A stretch of DNA of 64,000 nucleotides from positions 3,340 to 67,339 of the IMG/VR virus record IMGVR_UViG_3300031552_000004; one strand, 5' to 3'. The DNA is from a virus. This document shows, in pieces, positions 47,376 through 57,380 of the stretch (position 1 is its first letter; every line of letters begins with the position of its first letter). The translations under genes were made by a program, and so were the position numbers. Below the pieces are notes generated by a model, which saw only the letters and a program-made list of their open reading frames with translations, was not told the origin of the DNA and did no database searches.

Positions 47376-47500
47376 GTGGCAGGCCCTCCAGTCAACAATA
47401 GCGGATGTGAAGGCGCTCTTGAGCAGCGCCGGTAGCCGTTTTCTGAGACTGGAAGATTGCCACCGGCCACCGACGTTGCTCAGGAGCGCTTTTGTTTTTC
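47376..47500 (+). ncRNA. Attenuator-like structured leader 2
   Basis: Helix 47376-47393/47447-47463 crosses terminator helix 47410-47437/47465-47492, followed by a U-tract. Confidence 0.6.
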
Positions 47501-47512
47501 AAGGAGGCAGTC

Positions 47513-48660
47513 ATGGCACACACACCAGGACCATGGGAACGTTGGGGTTGGTTGATCGTAGACAGTCAACACCGACTCATCGCCGACCTTCGCCCAAAGC
47601 ACCCGACAAGCGCCTTTGAAGGGTGGCTCTCAAATTATTCTGTGACCGTTGCCGAGATTGAGGCCAATGCCACACTGCTTTATGCGGCGAATGATCTACT
47701 GGCAGCGTGCGAGGCCATCTACGCCGAAGTCGGCACTGGCGGCGATCTCGACTATCACTTGCGGCAAAAGGGATATGCCGAGATGTTGTGCGCCGCCATC
47801 ACCAAGGCCAAAGGAGAAGGATGATGGCACACACACTGGACGAACACCAACCCACGGACGCCGAGATCGCGCACATCCAAAGCAAGGCGTTAGACGAGCA
47901 GGCACAGACCATCCACATGCTGCGAGAACAGAACAAGCACCTTGTGGAGAAAGTCAAAGCATTTCTTCAGCGTTATGAAGATGTGTCATCGGAACTATAT
48001 TTTGGGCGGGCTCTTGATGATGCATTCTGCGATGAGATAGAGCCACTATACGACATTGTTCGCAAGGGCCAGTGACCTACTTTTGTATGCCATACAACTT
48101 TCCCATGAAGCGAAGGAGCAGGAGATGATCACGAAATGGGAACTGCGTGCGGTTGACGATGATAGCGCCGAGCTGATTCTGTGGGATAGCTTTCGCGGAT
48201 GCGATACCTTCATTCGCCTGGATGGGCGTTCCGCAAAGGCGACGGTGCGCGATTGTAAGGGTGAACGCGAGATACAGGATCTCGTCATGTTCCTGAACGA
48301 CTTTGCCCAAGTATGCGAGATGGAGGAGTGATGGCCGAGCATCCGTGGGATAAGCCGCCTAATCAGATTGCCAGCGAGATTGCCGATCAGTTCTTCCCGG
48401 TCACGTCGCTGTCCAATGCCGAGTTGCGGCGGCTGATCATGCGCCAGATAGAGGCCGAACGCGAGATTGCAACGCACTATATGCACCAGATGGGTCGATG
48501 GGTCGCCAGGGCCAAACTGCCAAGGGCTATCCCAAGAGTGGGCCAATCCCATACCGAGGTCCGCCGTGCATCGACATCAAGGACTAGCCAGCCACGGGCC
48601 ACAACCGCCAGGGGCATAACAGCAGGAGGAAATGATGGATCCCCACACGGAAGCTGTTGA
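47513..48660 (+). CDS. Four small hypothetical proteins (47513-47824, 47821-48075, 48125-48331, 48331-48660)
   Basis: RBSs present; the first starts with the common phage HTPGPW motif. Confidence 0.55.
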
Positions 48661-49141
48661 ATATATGAAACACTGGAAAGATGAAGTGTTTGATGGTTAC
48701 AGCGAACAGGAATGGCTCACTTGTAATCAATTCAACCCCAATCCAGGATACATATATTTCCTTCAAGCAGGCAAATTCTACAAAATCGGACGCACAAAAG
48801 ATGTCTTGCGCCGTTTTCCACAGATCAGCCTTAAAATGCCTTTTGTAACACGTCTGTGGGCAGTATGGTGGGCACCAGACATATCTTGGCTGGAAGGAAC
48901 ACTTCACTCTTTTTATCATCGGTTTCGAGTCAATGGTGAATGGTTCGCATTGCCCGAGCACGAAGCCATGGAAATTAGAAAGGCAGATCCAATTTATGCT
49001 TACTGGATGTACTATGAAATCATTGCCGTAAAAACACCCGAAGAATACTATGGCGACAGTCAACGCGCTTTTGGGTATATGACAGATTTCCTCACGAAAC
49101 AGTCTCATGCTCGTTCAATGAAAGATACAGCCAATGACTGA
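48632..49141 (+). CDS. GIY-YIG (T5orf172/MUG113-like) domain protein
   Basis: GYIYF......YKIGRT....RR...LE..LH......RVNGEWF. Confidence 0.85.
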   Translation: MMDPHTEAVEYMKHWKDEVFDGYSEQEWLTCNQFNPNPGYIYFLQAGKFYKIGRTKDVLRRFPQISLKMPFVTRLWAVWWAPDISWLEGTLHSFYHRFRVNGEWFALPEHEAMEIRKADPIYAYWMYYEIIAVKTPEEYYGDSQRAFGYMTDFLTKQSHARSMKDTAND

Positions 49142-50057
49142 TTCACTGCACGACGAACGCATCATCCCTTTCGCCATGATCGAAAAAGAAGTGCTACGCA
49201 ACCCCGACATTCCACCAAAACTGAAAGCGCTTTATGGCTTGCTGATCAGCTATGGTCCTGAACGCATTTTTCCAGGGCAAGAACGGCTAGCCGCTGAAAT
49301 GGGCGTCAGTCGTATTACCATCAATACTTGGCTCAAAGAATTACGTGATGAGCATAAGCTGATTGATTGGCAGCGCCGGGGTAGCACATCAAATCTCTAT
49401 CGCATTCTTGGACCACGATGTAAAGCCAGTGATACATCTAATGTAAAGCCAGCCTTACAACATAATGTAAAGCCAGCTTTACAAGATCGAGATCCAGTTT
49501 ATCAAGAATCAGACAGATCGGCGCATCCGCGCAGCTCCGATAATGGAAAAGGGCCAGATCAACACGGCGTCTGGACAGCACATTGGGTAGACGAATCATA
49601 TCCTGAAACAGAATGCCCTGCCTGCGGTGAATCGTTCGTTGTCGCCAAGCAACCCAATACCAAAGGTACATGTCCACATTGCGGCGTGGGTCTACGCGTG
49701 GAGGATCCGCACGAAATCATAATCAAGAAAGGTAAACGAACGCCGCTTACATTGGGACACATGTTCGGAGATTGTCCCGAAGCAATGTGTCATATTGAAG
49801 TCGATCCCAAACTAGTAGATGATTTGAATCGCGTCCATGAAATAGACGCCAGACAGTTATGGGATTCCGTACAATGGGCAGCAGGAAAGGTTGCTACAGA
49901 GAACATGGCCAGACAATGGATGCTACATAATGCCGTCAAAGGAGCATTGGGTAAGATAGAAGCCGGTATCCTAGCAGGAACTTTATCAGATCCTACGGCT
50001 TCCAAACTGATCGAATGGGGCAATGAGTCCGGCAAAGGGAAGCTGATCGAATGGTAG
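49134..50057 (+). CDS. Replication initiator (N-terminal winged HTH, zinc ribbon)
   Basis: FPGQERLA.EMGVSR.TI..WLKEL...LI...R.G.TSNLY; immediately upstream of DnaB-like helicase. Confidence 0.8.
   Translation: MTDSLHDERIIPFAMIEKEVLRNPDIPPKLKALYGLLISYGPERIFPGQERLAAEMGVSRITINTWLKELRDEHKLIDWQRRGSTSNLYRILGPRCKASDTSNVKPALQHNVKPALQDRDPVYQESDRSAHPRSSDNGKGPDQHGVWTAHWVDESYPETECPACGESFVVAKQPNTKGTCPHCGVGLRVEDPHEIIIKKGKRTPLTLGHMFGDCPEAMCHIEVDPKLVDDLNRVHEIDARQLWDSVQWAAGKVATENMARQWMLHNAVKGALGKIEAGILAGTLSDPTASKLIEWGNESGKGKLIEW
49418..49484 (+). repeat. Iteron-like repeats (probable replication origin)
   Basis: ATGTAAAGCCAG three times at 23-24 bp spacing; quasi-palindromic TGTAAAG-CCAG-CTTTACA. Confidence 0.7.
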
Positions 50058-51034
50058 ACGATGGCATCGACCTCATCATCCATTCACCCGCTGATCTAGC
50101 ACAGATGCACGTCGAGCACGCAGAACGGATCAAGGCCGACCCCGGCATCACTTTCGGCGTGCCGGAGATAGACCGTCGCGTCATACCGTTGCGACCCGGT
50201 GACATGGCTGCCTTATGCGCTCGCCCAGGCCATGGAAAAAGTAGTTTCGCCGCGAGAATGGCACGGATGGTCGGAAGGGACATCATTCAACGTGGTGCCC
50301 AGGACGACGAAGCCGTGTTCTTCGTGACCTGGGAACAGACCGCCGAGGAACTGATGGCCTACTTCGCCGCCGGGGATAGATATACCGTCACGGACTATGC
50401 CTGGGGGCGCGTGGACATGGAAGACGTGCGGCGCAATGCCGTCGCCAGCGTGCGCATGCCGATCTGGGTGATCGGGCACGCACTGCGGAACGCGGGCAAG
50501 CAGACGCCACGCATGACTGTGGAATCCGTGTGGCAAGCATTCGAGACGATCCGCAGGAAGTACGGACGCAAACCACGCCTCACCGTGTTCGATTATCTAC
50601 AGTTGATCCCGTTGTCCAGGCATACCACGAACCGGACGGAACAGACGAACGAAACCGTGGTGCTCAGCAAGGAACTGGCGATCGCTGCAAGCACTCCGCT
50701 CATTGTCAACGTGCAGGCCAGCAGGGAAGTAGACACACTCAAACCGCCCATCCCCAAGATGGCCAACGCACAACATTCCTCTGCCATCGAGCAGCACGTT
50801 GACAAGTTCTTCGGGATGTGGCGCCCCTGGAAGACGGAAGATCACGACGCGCAGATCAAACCACCGGGGTACAGCAAGGCGTTCGCCAACTGTCCCGAAC
50901 TGTTCGTCCTGGCGATGGACAAACAGCGGATGGAGGACGGGAGCTATACGTGGGCGCTGCATTTCACACCGCAAGAGCTCAAGCTATCCGAGTTCGAGAC
51001 GGATTCGACGCCGCCGCCCCTTCTCTACGAATAG
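50051..51034 (+). CDS. DnaB-like replicative helicase
   Basis: ARPGHGKS Walker A, FDYLQL, Q.SR, SSAIEQ..D, KQR. Confidence 0.9.
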   Translation: MVDDGIDLIIHSPADLAQMHVEHAERIKADPGITFGVPEIDRRVIPLRPGDMAALCARPGHGKSSFAARMARMVGRDIIQRGAQDDEAVFFVTWEQTAEELMAYFAAGDRYTVTDYAWGRVDMEDVRRNAVASVRMPIWVIGHALRNAGKQTPRMTVESVWQAFETIRRKYGRKPRLTVFDYLQLIPLSRHTTNRTEQTNETVVLSKELAIAASTPLIVNVQASREVDTLKPPIPKMANAQHSSAIEQHVDKFFGMWRPWKTEDHDAQIKPPGYSKAFANCPELFVLAMDKQRMEDGSYTWALHFTPQELKLSEFETDSTPPPLLYE

Positions 51035-51042
51035 GAGAGACA

Positions 51043-51831
51043 ATGAGATTCGGCAGCCTGTTCGCGGGGATCGGTGGGTTTGATCTCGGATTGGAACGTA
51101 GCGGCATGGAGTGCGCGTGGCAGGTGGAGATTGACCCTTGGTGCCGCCAGGTGCTCGCCAAGCACTGGCCGGACGTGCCTAGATATGAGGATGTGCGAGA
51201 TGTCGGACGACGAAACCTTGAGCCAGTTGACCTTATTTGCGGTGGCTTCCCCTGCCAAGACATCAGCAACGCGGGCAACCGAGCAGGCATCGAAGGTGAT
51301 CGGTCGGGACTCTGGACAGAATACGCCCGCATCATTCGCGAGCTACGACCCCAATACATCATCGTGGAGAACGTCGCAGCTCTCCTTGTTCGGGGGATGG
51401 GAACAGTTCTCGGAGACTTGGCCGCGTGCGGGTATGATGCGGAATGGCAAGTGCTATCAGCAGCAGCCTTTGGTGCCCCGCATATCAGGGAGAGGATCTT
51501 CATATTGGCCTACGCCGAGGGCGGTGCAACCGCCAAGAGGAAAGAATGCACAGGGCGGGCCATCGTTGACGGATGTAGTGAGAATGTATCCTACGCCGAG
51601 GGCCAACAGTGGCGTCAGTCGAAAGCCGGGAACAGGCGGAAAGTGCTTACAGGAAGAATTGCGGAGAGTGGACTGCACCAATACTGGGCATCCCAACCCG
51701 GAGTTTGTCGAGTGGTTGATGGGCTTCCCGGTAGGCTGGACAGAAACACAGGACTAGGCAACGCTGTGTTGCCCCAGGTCGCTGAGTGGCTTGGCCGGAG
51801 GATTGTGGAGGTAGAAGGAGCACAGAGATGA
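51043..51831 (+). CDS. DNA (cytosine-5) methyltransferase, short (alpha-type)
   Basis: SLFAGIGG, GGFPCQDIS, ENV, PH.RER, LGNAV.PQV. Confidence 0.93.
   Translation: MRFGSLFAGIGGFDLGLERSGMECAWQVEIDPWCRQVLAKHWPDVPRYEDVRDVGRRNLEPVDLICGGFPCQDISNAGNRAGIEGDRSGLWTEYARIIRELRPQYIIVENVAALLVRGMGTVLGDLAACGYDAEWQVLSAAAFGAPHIRERIFILAYAEGGATAKRKECTGRAIVDGCSENVSYAEGQQWRQSKAGNRRKVLTGRIAESGLHQYWASQPGVCRVVDGLPGRLDRNTGLGNAVLPQVAEWLGRRIVEVEGAQR
51200..51757 (+). CDS. Nested +1-frame ORF, beta-subunit-like partner of the C5 methyltransferase
   Basis: Open frame inside the MTase with WPRAGMMRNG, WPTP/YPTP and NPEFVEWLMGFPVGWT (motif IX-like). Confidence 0.7.
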   Translation: MSDDETLSQLTLFAVASPAKTSATRATEQASKVIGRDSGQNTPASFASYDPNTSSWRTSQLSLFGGWEQFSETWPRAGMMRNGKCYQQQPLVPRISGRGSSYWPTPRAVQPPRGKNAQGGPSLTDVVRMYPTPRANSGVSRKPGTGGKCLQEELRRVDCTNTGHPNPEFVEWLMGFPVGWTETQD

Positions 51832-52760
51832 AACTGACAGGGATAGAGGAAGCCGTGGCGATCGCCGAGCGGCGTTGGCCGGGGTTCCGATTCGACATCG
51901 TTGGCGACGAGGCGCACGGGCCATGCCCGGTATGTGGCAAGGCGACGGAAGACGGGTTCGTGATTTTCAGCGATGGAGGATTTTTCTGTCGACCTGGTGC
52001 TCACACCGGATGGCTAGACGATGACACCGTGCAGCTCACCAAGGAGGAGATCCGGCTCCGCAAGATCGAGGCTGAGCAGCGACGTCAGGCACGCAAGCAG
52101 CGGGAACTTGAAGAACGCCTGACTGCGCTCGAATGGATGGCCCAGTGCCAGGACCACCTGGCCTACAACAAGACGATGGACGATGCCGACCGCGCATACT
52201 GGCACGGCGAGGGCATCCTGCCGGAGAACGTAGACAAGTTCATGCTGGGCGTGTGCTATGCTTGCCCGACGGACAAGGACCACCGCCCGTCCTACACTAT
52301 CCCCGTCTGGCGGCGCGATGGCAAGACGCTTTGGAACATCGTCCACCGCCTCGTCGGAGAGACATCGAATAAGTACCGCCCACACCGCGCCGGCCTGGGC
52401 AAGCAGCTCGTCCGAGCCCACGCTATCGGCCCGGAAGTCGTGCTCGTCGAGGGTGCAAAGAAGGCGCTGATCTGCTCACAATACGGATTCAACGCCGTGG
52501 GCCTGCAGGGCTGCCGGGGGACATTCCCCGGTGAGTGGGTGAAGTGGATGGCAGACACGCGGCGGCTGTGGGTAGCATTCGATCCCGACGCCAACGGGCA
52601 CGCATTGCGACTTGGGCACGGACTGGCGAAGGCGCTGCCGAGATGCGAGGTGCGGGTATGCGCATTCCCCGTCAAGCCCGACGATCTGTTCGCCAAGCAC
52701 GGCGGAGGCACAGAGGACTTTGGGACGTTGCTCGCGCTGGGGCAACTTGTGAAGGGATGA
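51828..52760 (+). CDS. DNA primase (zinc finger plus TOPRIM)
   Basis: GPCPVCG...D.F, LVEG..KA, VAFDPD, KPDD. Confidence 0.75.
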   Translation: MKLTGIEEAVAIAERRWPGFRFDIVGDEAHGPCPVCGKATEDGFVIFSDGGFFCRPGAHTGWLDDDTVQLTKEEIRLRKIEAEQRRQARKQRELEERLTALEWMAQCQDHLAYNKTMDDADRAYWHGEGILPENVDKFMLGVCYACPTDKDHRPSYTIPVWRRDGKTLWNIVHRLVGETSNKYRPHRAGLGKQLVRAHAIGPEVVLVEGAKKALICSQYGFNAVGLQGCRGTFPGEWVKWMADTRRLWVAFDPDANGHALRLGHGLAKALPRCEVRVCAFPVKPDDLFAKHGGGTEDFGTLLALGQLVKG

Positions 52761-52766
52761 TTTTGT

Positions 52767-53042
52767 ATGGCATACAAGATTGAGGGAATGCCATGCTTCT
52801 GTCCAGCCTGCGACCACGAGGCCGAGGGACGTGCACGCCGGTGGGGGATCCTTGTCCCGCTCTGCCGCGCCTGCCAGCATGCGACGTACCGAGATGGCGT
52901 GTGGCGCTGTCCCGAACACGGCGACGTGATGCCGATAGACGCGAAGTTCACTCAGGCGGACCTGTGGCCCAGGCGGACGCGGGCGGGCAAGACGTTCTGG
53001 TTTGCGAGGTGGGAGACTATTGACAATCCCCTTATTTCGTGA
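52767..53042 (+). CDS. Cys-rich hypothetical protein
   Basis: CPAC, CRAC, CPEH motifs. Confidence 0.5.
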   Translation: MAYKIEGMPCFCPACDHEAEGRARRWGILVPLCRACQHATYRDGVWRCPEHGDVMPIDAKFTQADLWPRRTRAGKTFWFARWETIDNPLIS

Positions 53043-53048
53043 TACAAT
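53020..53048 (+). promoter_or_regulatory. Early promoter P5
   Basis: TTGACA-17 nt-TACAAT; a second TGATACAAT at 53056-53064. Confidence 0.88.
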
Positions 53049-53088
53049 GTATGTGTGATACAATCCACCAAGACAGGAGGCAAGTGAA

Positions 53089-53981
53089 ATGTTCAAGAAA
53101 CTCGCAGAAGTGGCACAAATCGATCTAGACGTGGCCAATGCCGAGTGGGATGCCGACCACAAGGACCGCGCCCTGGAATGGTACATGCAGGCCCGCACTG
53201 AGGCACTGGTCAGCATCGCGCTATCGCTGGCCGAGATAGCGGAGAACACCCGCAACCTGCCAGAGATTGCCGAGGAGCTGGGCGCTATGCGCATGAACCG
53301 CAGCGAGCATGTGCATTGGGTGAACCCAGAACCGTAGTCAGCACAAATGGAGGCAAGCGATGACGAGTGACTCGCTCATGAACTGGTACAACGAAGGATA
53401 TAACGCCTACTTCGCAGGCATCAGCCGGCAGGACAATCCCTACAGTCACGCCTACTGGAACACAGCAGCCGCATGGGACCGTGGCTGGATGGTCGCGATG
53501 GCCTACGACGTTGAGAATGCCGCCGACGTTGAGAATGCCGCACCCGATCAGGATAATCTCAATAGGGTCCAGCACGCCATCACCAACGGCAGCGCAACCC
53601 AGGTATGGTGGTATACCGACCAGGGGCCGCAAATGACCGTGGAACAAAACGAGCATGGACCCGAATGGAGGCGGTGGGAAGTGCGTGTGTATCCAACCTA
53701 CCGGGACATGTCGGCGCGACGGAACGATTGGTATCACGATTCATTCCCGAATCGACAACCAGCCATCAATGCTGGGCGAGAGCATCTGCAACTGTTCGCG
53801 TTGTACTACGCAAGGAAGCATCCCAATGCCTAGCGTGAGGCCGTACAAGCAGGGCAAAGTCCCCAAGCAGCAGCACCAGGAGCCGCACCGCTGCAACTTC
53901 AGATACGCCTACACGGCGGGCGACTGGGAATACCACCGCTGCACCGTGTGCGGGCGATACCAACGGTATAGGGTCCGATGA
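53089..53981 (+). CDS. Three hypothetical proteins (53089-53337, 53360-53833, 53826-53981)
   Basis: GGAGG RBSs; the second has an RMF-like NPY...W..GW motif. Confidence 0.55.
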
Positions 53982-54322
53982 TCGCATGGGGATACATCAC
54001 GTGGTACACCGCCACTGTGGGGACGCCGCTTTACTGCGGCGGGACGTACGATCCGGGATCTGCGTGGCTAGCCCTACCGGTCGAGGAGTACTGTCACGCC
54101 GAATGCGGCGATTTGTTCGCAGTGTGGACGGATGGACAGTTGATGTATCTTCCGGCGCTGGATGCGGGTACGTTCGGCGACAACTGCGTGCGTCGGCGCG
54201 ACGGGTGCCATCCCATCCCCGCCGACTTGCCGAGGCACCTGTTCCATTGGCGCTGGCGATCGGTGCGCGGGTACGTGATCAACTCGCAACCTGCTCGGGA
54301 CAGGTTGGAGTTCGAGCGATGA
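53978..54322 (+). CDS. RlpA-like double-psi beta-barrel protein
   Basis: G.ITWY...YCG..YD....ALP...CGD...V....D.G. Confidence 0.45.
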   Translation: MIAWGYITWYTATVGTPLYCGGTYDPGSAWLALPVEEYCHAECGDLFAVWTDGQLMYLPALDAGTFGDNCVRRRDGCHPIPADLPRHLFHWRWRSVRGYVINSQPARDRLEFER

Positions 54323-54738
54323 CGCATTGGACCGTCCCCGACGTGTGGGTGCCAGATGACCTGGCAGAGTGGTTCCCCGCCGTGGGAGCCACCCACCGCG
54401 AAGCGCTCAAGATGGGCTATCTCGTCTATCGCGATATGGCGTGCCGTTCGTGTGGGGAATTGTGGAATGGAGCGACGCCGCACATGCACGAAGCATTGCT
54501 CTCTCGCCGCGACGTACAGGGCTGGCCTTTACCGTGGCGAGTGCTGATCATGACGCCGTACAACTGCGTGCTGCTTTGCCGGGACTGTAACCTGGGATTG
54601 GCGGGTAAACATTCGCCGCCGCGAGAACGGGTCCTGGCCGAGCACATCCATCGCTACGGGATGGACGTGGTACGCTGGCTGCGATCGCTGCCGTTCAAGA
54701 GCCACCCGCTGCGGGGATTGCTGGAGCAATATCAATGA
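54319..54738 (+). CDS. HNH-like zinc-binding nuclease
   Basis: C.SCG...HMHE...NC.LLC.DC. Confidence 0.55.
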   Translation: MTHWTVPDVWVPDDLAEWFPAVGATHREALKMGYLVYRDMACRSCGELWNGATPHMHEALLSRRDVQGWPLPWRVLIMTPYNCVLLCRDCNLGLAGKHSPPRERVLAEHIHRYGMDVVRWLRSLPFKSHPLRGLLEQYQ

Positions 54739-57035
54739 CAGGAGACAGGATGGACGACTATCAGGAATTTCTCAAGAGCAAGTTGCCAGAAAGCGTGGCA
54801 TACGGCATAGAGGTGGATGACGAGGATGTCCACCCGATGCTGTTCCCGTTCCAACGCGACATCACCAAGTGGGCCGTTCACAAGGGACGTGCCGCCGTGT
54901 TCCTCGATACCGGGCTAGGCAAAACCTTCATCCAGCTCGAGTGGGCACGATTGCTCGGAGCGAACACGCTGATCATCGCTCCGCTGTCCGTGGCGAGACA
55001 GACGGTGAGGGAAGCACAGAAGATCGATCTTGATGTGCGCTATGTTCGCGATCAGTCGGAAACGGAATCGGGGCACAAGCTATGGATCACGAACTATGAG
55101 ATGATCGAGCACTTCGACTTTGCCTCGTTCGGGGCGGTGGTTCTGGACGAAAGCTCGATCCTGAAAGCCATTTCCGGCAAGACGCGTAGGAGACTCACCA
55201 GGCTGTGCAAGGTCATTCCCTATCGCCTGTGCTGCACGGCAACGCCGGCACCGAACGACCATACCGAGATCGGCAATCACGCTCAGTTCCTTGGTGTTTG
55301 CACGATGGCGGAAATGCTCGCGATGTTTTTCATCAACGCCAACAAGGAGCACACGTTCGTCTATGGCGACAGGGTGTATCACAAGAAGGGTTCCAACAAG
55401 GGCGGGCAGGAATGGCGGCTCAAGCATCACGCTGAAGGCGCGTTCTTTCGCTGGCTATCGTCCTGGGCCGTGGCGCTGATCAAGCCGTCGGATCTCGGTT
55501 ATGATGACGACGGATTCGTGCTGCCCAAGCTGCGGCTTCACACCGAGTTCGTCCAGGCAGAATACCAGCCGGAGGATCAGCTTTTCTTTACTCACATCAA
55601 GGGTATCCGCCACGCCGCCGCTATCCGTCGTCAAACCGCACCGGCCAGACTGGATGTGCTTAAGGCATTGGTCAACGCGACAGATGAACAGTGGATCGTG
55701 TGGGTCGGGCTAAATGAGGAAAGCGAGATGGTTGCCAATGCATTCACTGACGTGGTAGAAGTGCGCGGCGATCAAGATCCCGAGTATAAAGCAAAGGCGT
55801 TTGAGGATTTCCAAGATGGCAAGCATAAGATACTGGTCACAAAGTGTAGCGTTGGCGGATTCGGGCTCAACCTGCAGAACGCGCACAAGATGGCATTCTT
55901 TGGGTTGTCCTACTCCTGGGAACAATTCTACCAGGCGATCCGCCGCGAATGGCGCTACATGCAGGAGTGCCCGGTGGACGTGCATATCGTCATGTCGGAC
56001 GTGGAAGCCAGCATCTACCGGGACATCGTGCGCAAGGATGCGATGGCGGCCCGATTGCGCGAGAGACTGATCGAGCAGATACGAACCTACGAAGAAGGAG
56101 AGCTACAGATGATCGAGCCAGAACGGACACCATACGAAACCAAGACGGTCGTCGGCGAGGGCTGGACGGCAATGCTTGGCGACTCGAACGAACGGCTTGC
56201 AGAGATAGAAGATGACAGTGTGGACTTGTCGGTGTACTCTCCACCCTTCGCCGATCTGTACACCTATACCGACAGCGAGCGCGACCTGGGCAACAGCAAG
56301 GACTGGGACGAGTTTTTCTCCCATTATGCCTTCATCATCCGCGAGGTGCTGCGCGTCACTAAGCCAGGGCGCCTGACGTGCGTCCACACATCGGATATCC
56401 CGGCAATGGCGCAGAAAGACGGCTACATCGGAGTCAAGGATTTTCCCGGTGAAGTCATCCGGGCTTACGAGCGCGAGGGCTGGGTGTTTCATGGTCGGGC
56501 GTTTATAGACAAAAACCCTCAAGCCCAGGCGATCCGCACGCATTCCCAGGCGCTGCTGTTCGTGCAGCTTCGCAAGGATTCAAGCGCCAGCCGACCCGCG
56601 TTGATCGATCAGATTCTCATCTTCCGCAAGCCGGGCGACAATGCCGTGCCGATCAACCCCGTCAAGAATGGTGAGCTCGACAATGAGGTATGGATCAACT
56701 GGGCACACGGGATCTGGACCGGCATCAACGAGACAGACACCCTCCAGTTCTACGATGCCCGTGCCTCCGGGGATGAAAAGCACATCTGTCCGCTGCAGCT
56801 AGGGACCATTGAACGGTGCATCAAGCTGTACTCCAACCCCGGCGAGACGGTCCTGAGTCCCTTCGGCGGCATCGGCAGCGAGGCGTACATGGCGCTGAAA
56901 CTGAAGCGCAAGGCGATCACCATCGAGCTCAAGCCGTCTTACTTTGACGTGTTGGTGAGTAACCTGAAAGAGGCCGCGATGAAGGCACACACACCCGACT
57001 TGTTCGAGGTGATGGGCGTGGAGATGCCTACATGA
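54735..57035 (+). CDS. SNF2-like helicase fused to an N4C/N6A DNA methyltransferase
   Basis: DTGLGKT, LDESSILK, TATP, GLNLQ, QAIRR; then DLSVYSPPF, HICPLQL, PFGGIGS. Confidence 0.9.
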   Translation: MTGDRMDDYQEFLKSKLPESVAYGIEVDDEDVHPMLFPFQRDITKWAVHKGRAAVFLDTGLGKTFIQLEWARLLGANTLIIAPLSVARQTVREAQKIDLDVRYVRDQSETESGHKLWITNYEMIEHFDFASFGAVVLDESSILKAISGKTRRRLTRLCKVIPYRLCCTATPAPNDHTEIGNHAQFLGVCTMAEMLAMFFINANKEHTFVYGDRVYHKKGSNKGGQEWRLKHHAEGAFFRWLSSWAVALIKPSDLGYDDDGFVLPKLRLHTEFVQAEYQPEDQLFFTHIKGIRHAAAIRRQTAPARLDVLKALVNATDEQWIVWVGLNEESEMVANAFTDVVEVRGDQDPEYKAKAFEDFQDGKHKILVTKCSVGGFGLNLQNAHKMAFFGLSYSWEQFYQAIRREWRYMQECPVDVHIVMSDVEASIYRDIVRKDAMAARLRERLIEQIRTYEEGELQMIEPERTPYETKTVVGEGWTAMLGDSNERLAEIEDDSVDLSVYSPPFADLYTYTDSERDLGNSKDWDEFFSHYAFIIREVLRVTKPGRLTCVHTSDIPAMAQKDGYIGVKDFPGEVIRAYEREGWVFHGRAFIDKNPQAQAIRTHSQALLFVQLRKDSSASRPALIDQILIFRKPGDNAVPINPVKNGELDNEVWINWAHGIWTGINETDTLQFYDARASGDEKHICPLQLGTIERCIKLYSNPGETVLSPFGGIGSEAYMALKLKRKAITIELKPSYFDVLVSNLKEAAMKAHTPDLFEVMGVEMPT

Positions 57036-57044
57036 TACAGTATA

Positions 57045-57073
57045 TTGACAATCCCCCTGTTTCGTGATACAAT
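57045..57073 (+). promoter_or_regulatory. Early promoter P6
   Basis: TTGACA-17 nt-TACAAT. Confidence 0.88.
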
Positions 57074-57085
57074 AGAAACAAGGAG

Positions 57086-57358
57086 GTGGACATGATCAAC
57101 GACATCGACAAGTTTTTGCCATCGTGGCGAAGGGGGTCCTACGATCTCCCCGCGATGGAGCGCACATCGGTGATCTACCGGGGCGCATGGCGGATCCCCG
57201 CCATGGTAAAGCACATCGTTCGCTACGCCGCGCCGAAGCACTCGCAGAGCCGGGTGTGGGTGTGGGCCATTCGGTTCTTGTATGCGACGCTGCTGGAACA
57301 GGGGCGCATCCCGCCGATGGAAGGCGTCACCGAGGAAACGCTCACCGAACCGTTCTAG
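57086..57358 (+). CDS. Hypothetical protein
   Basis: AAGGAGG RBS after P6. Confidence 0.6.
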   Translation: MDMINDIDKFLPSWRRGSYDLPAMERTSVIYRGAWRIPAMVKHIVRYAAPKHSQSRVWVWAIRFLYATLLEQGRIPPMEGVTEETLTEPF

Positions 57359-57380
57359 TCTCAAGACAGGAGGCACAGAC

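Noticed and set aside
53505-53541. 18-bp tandem duplication (DVENAA twice)
   Set aside because: Simple in-frame duplication with only two copies and no spacers
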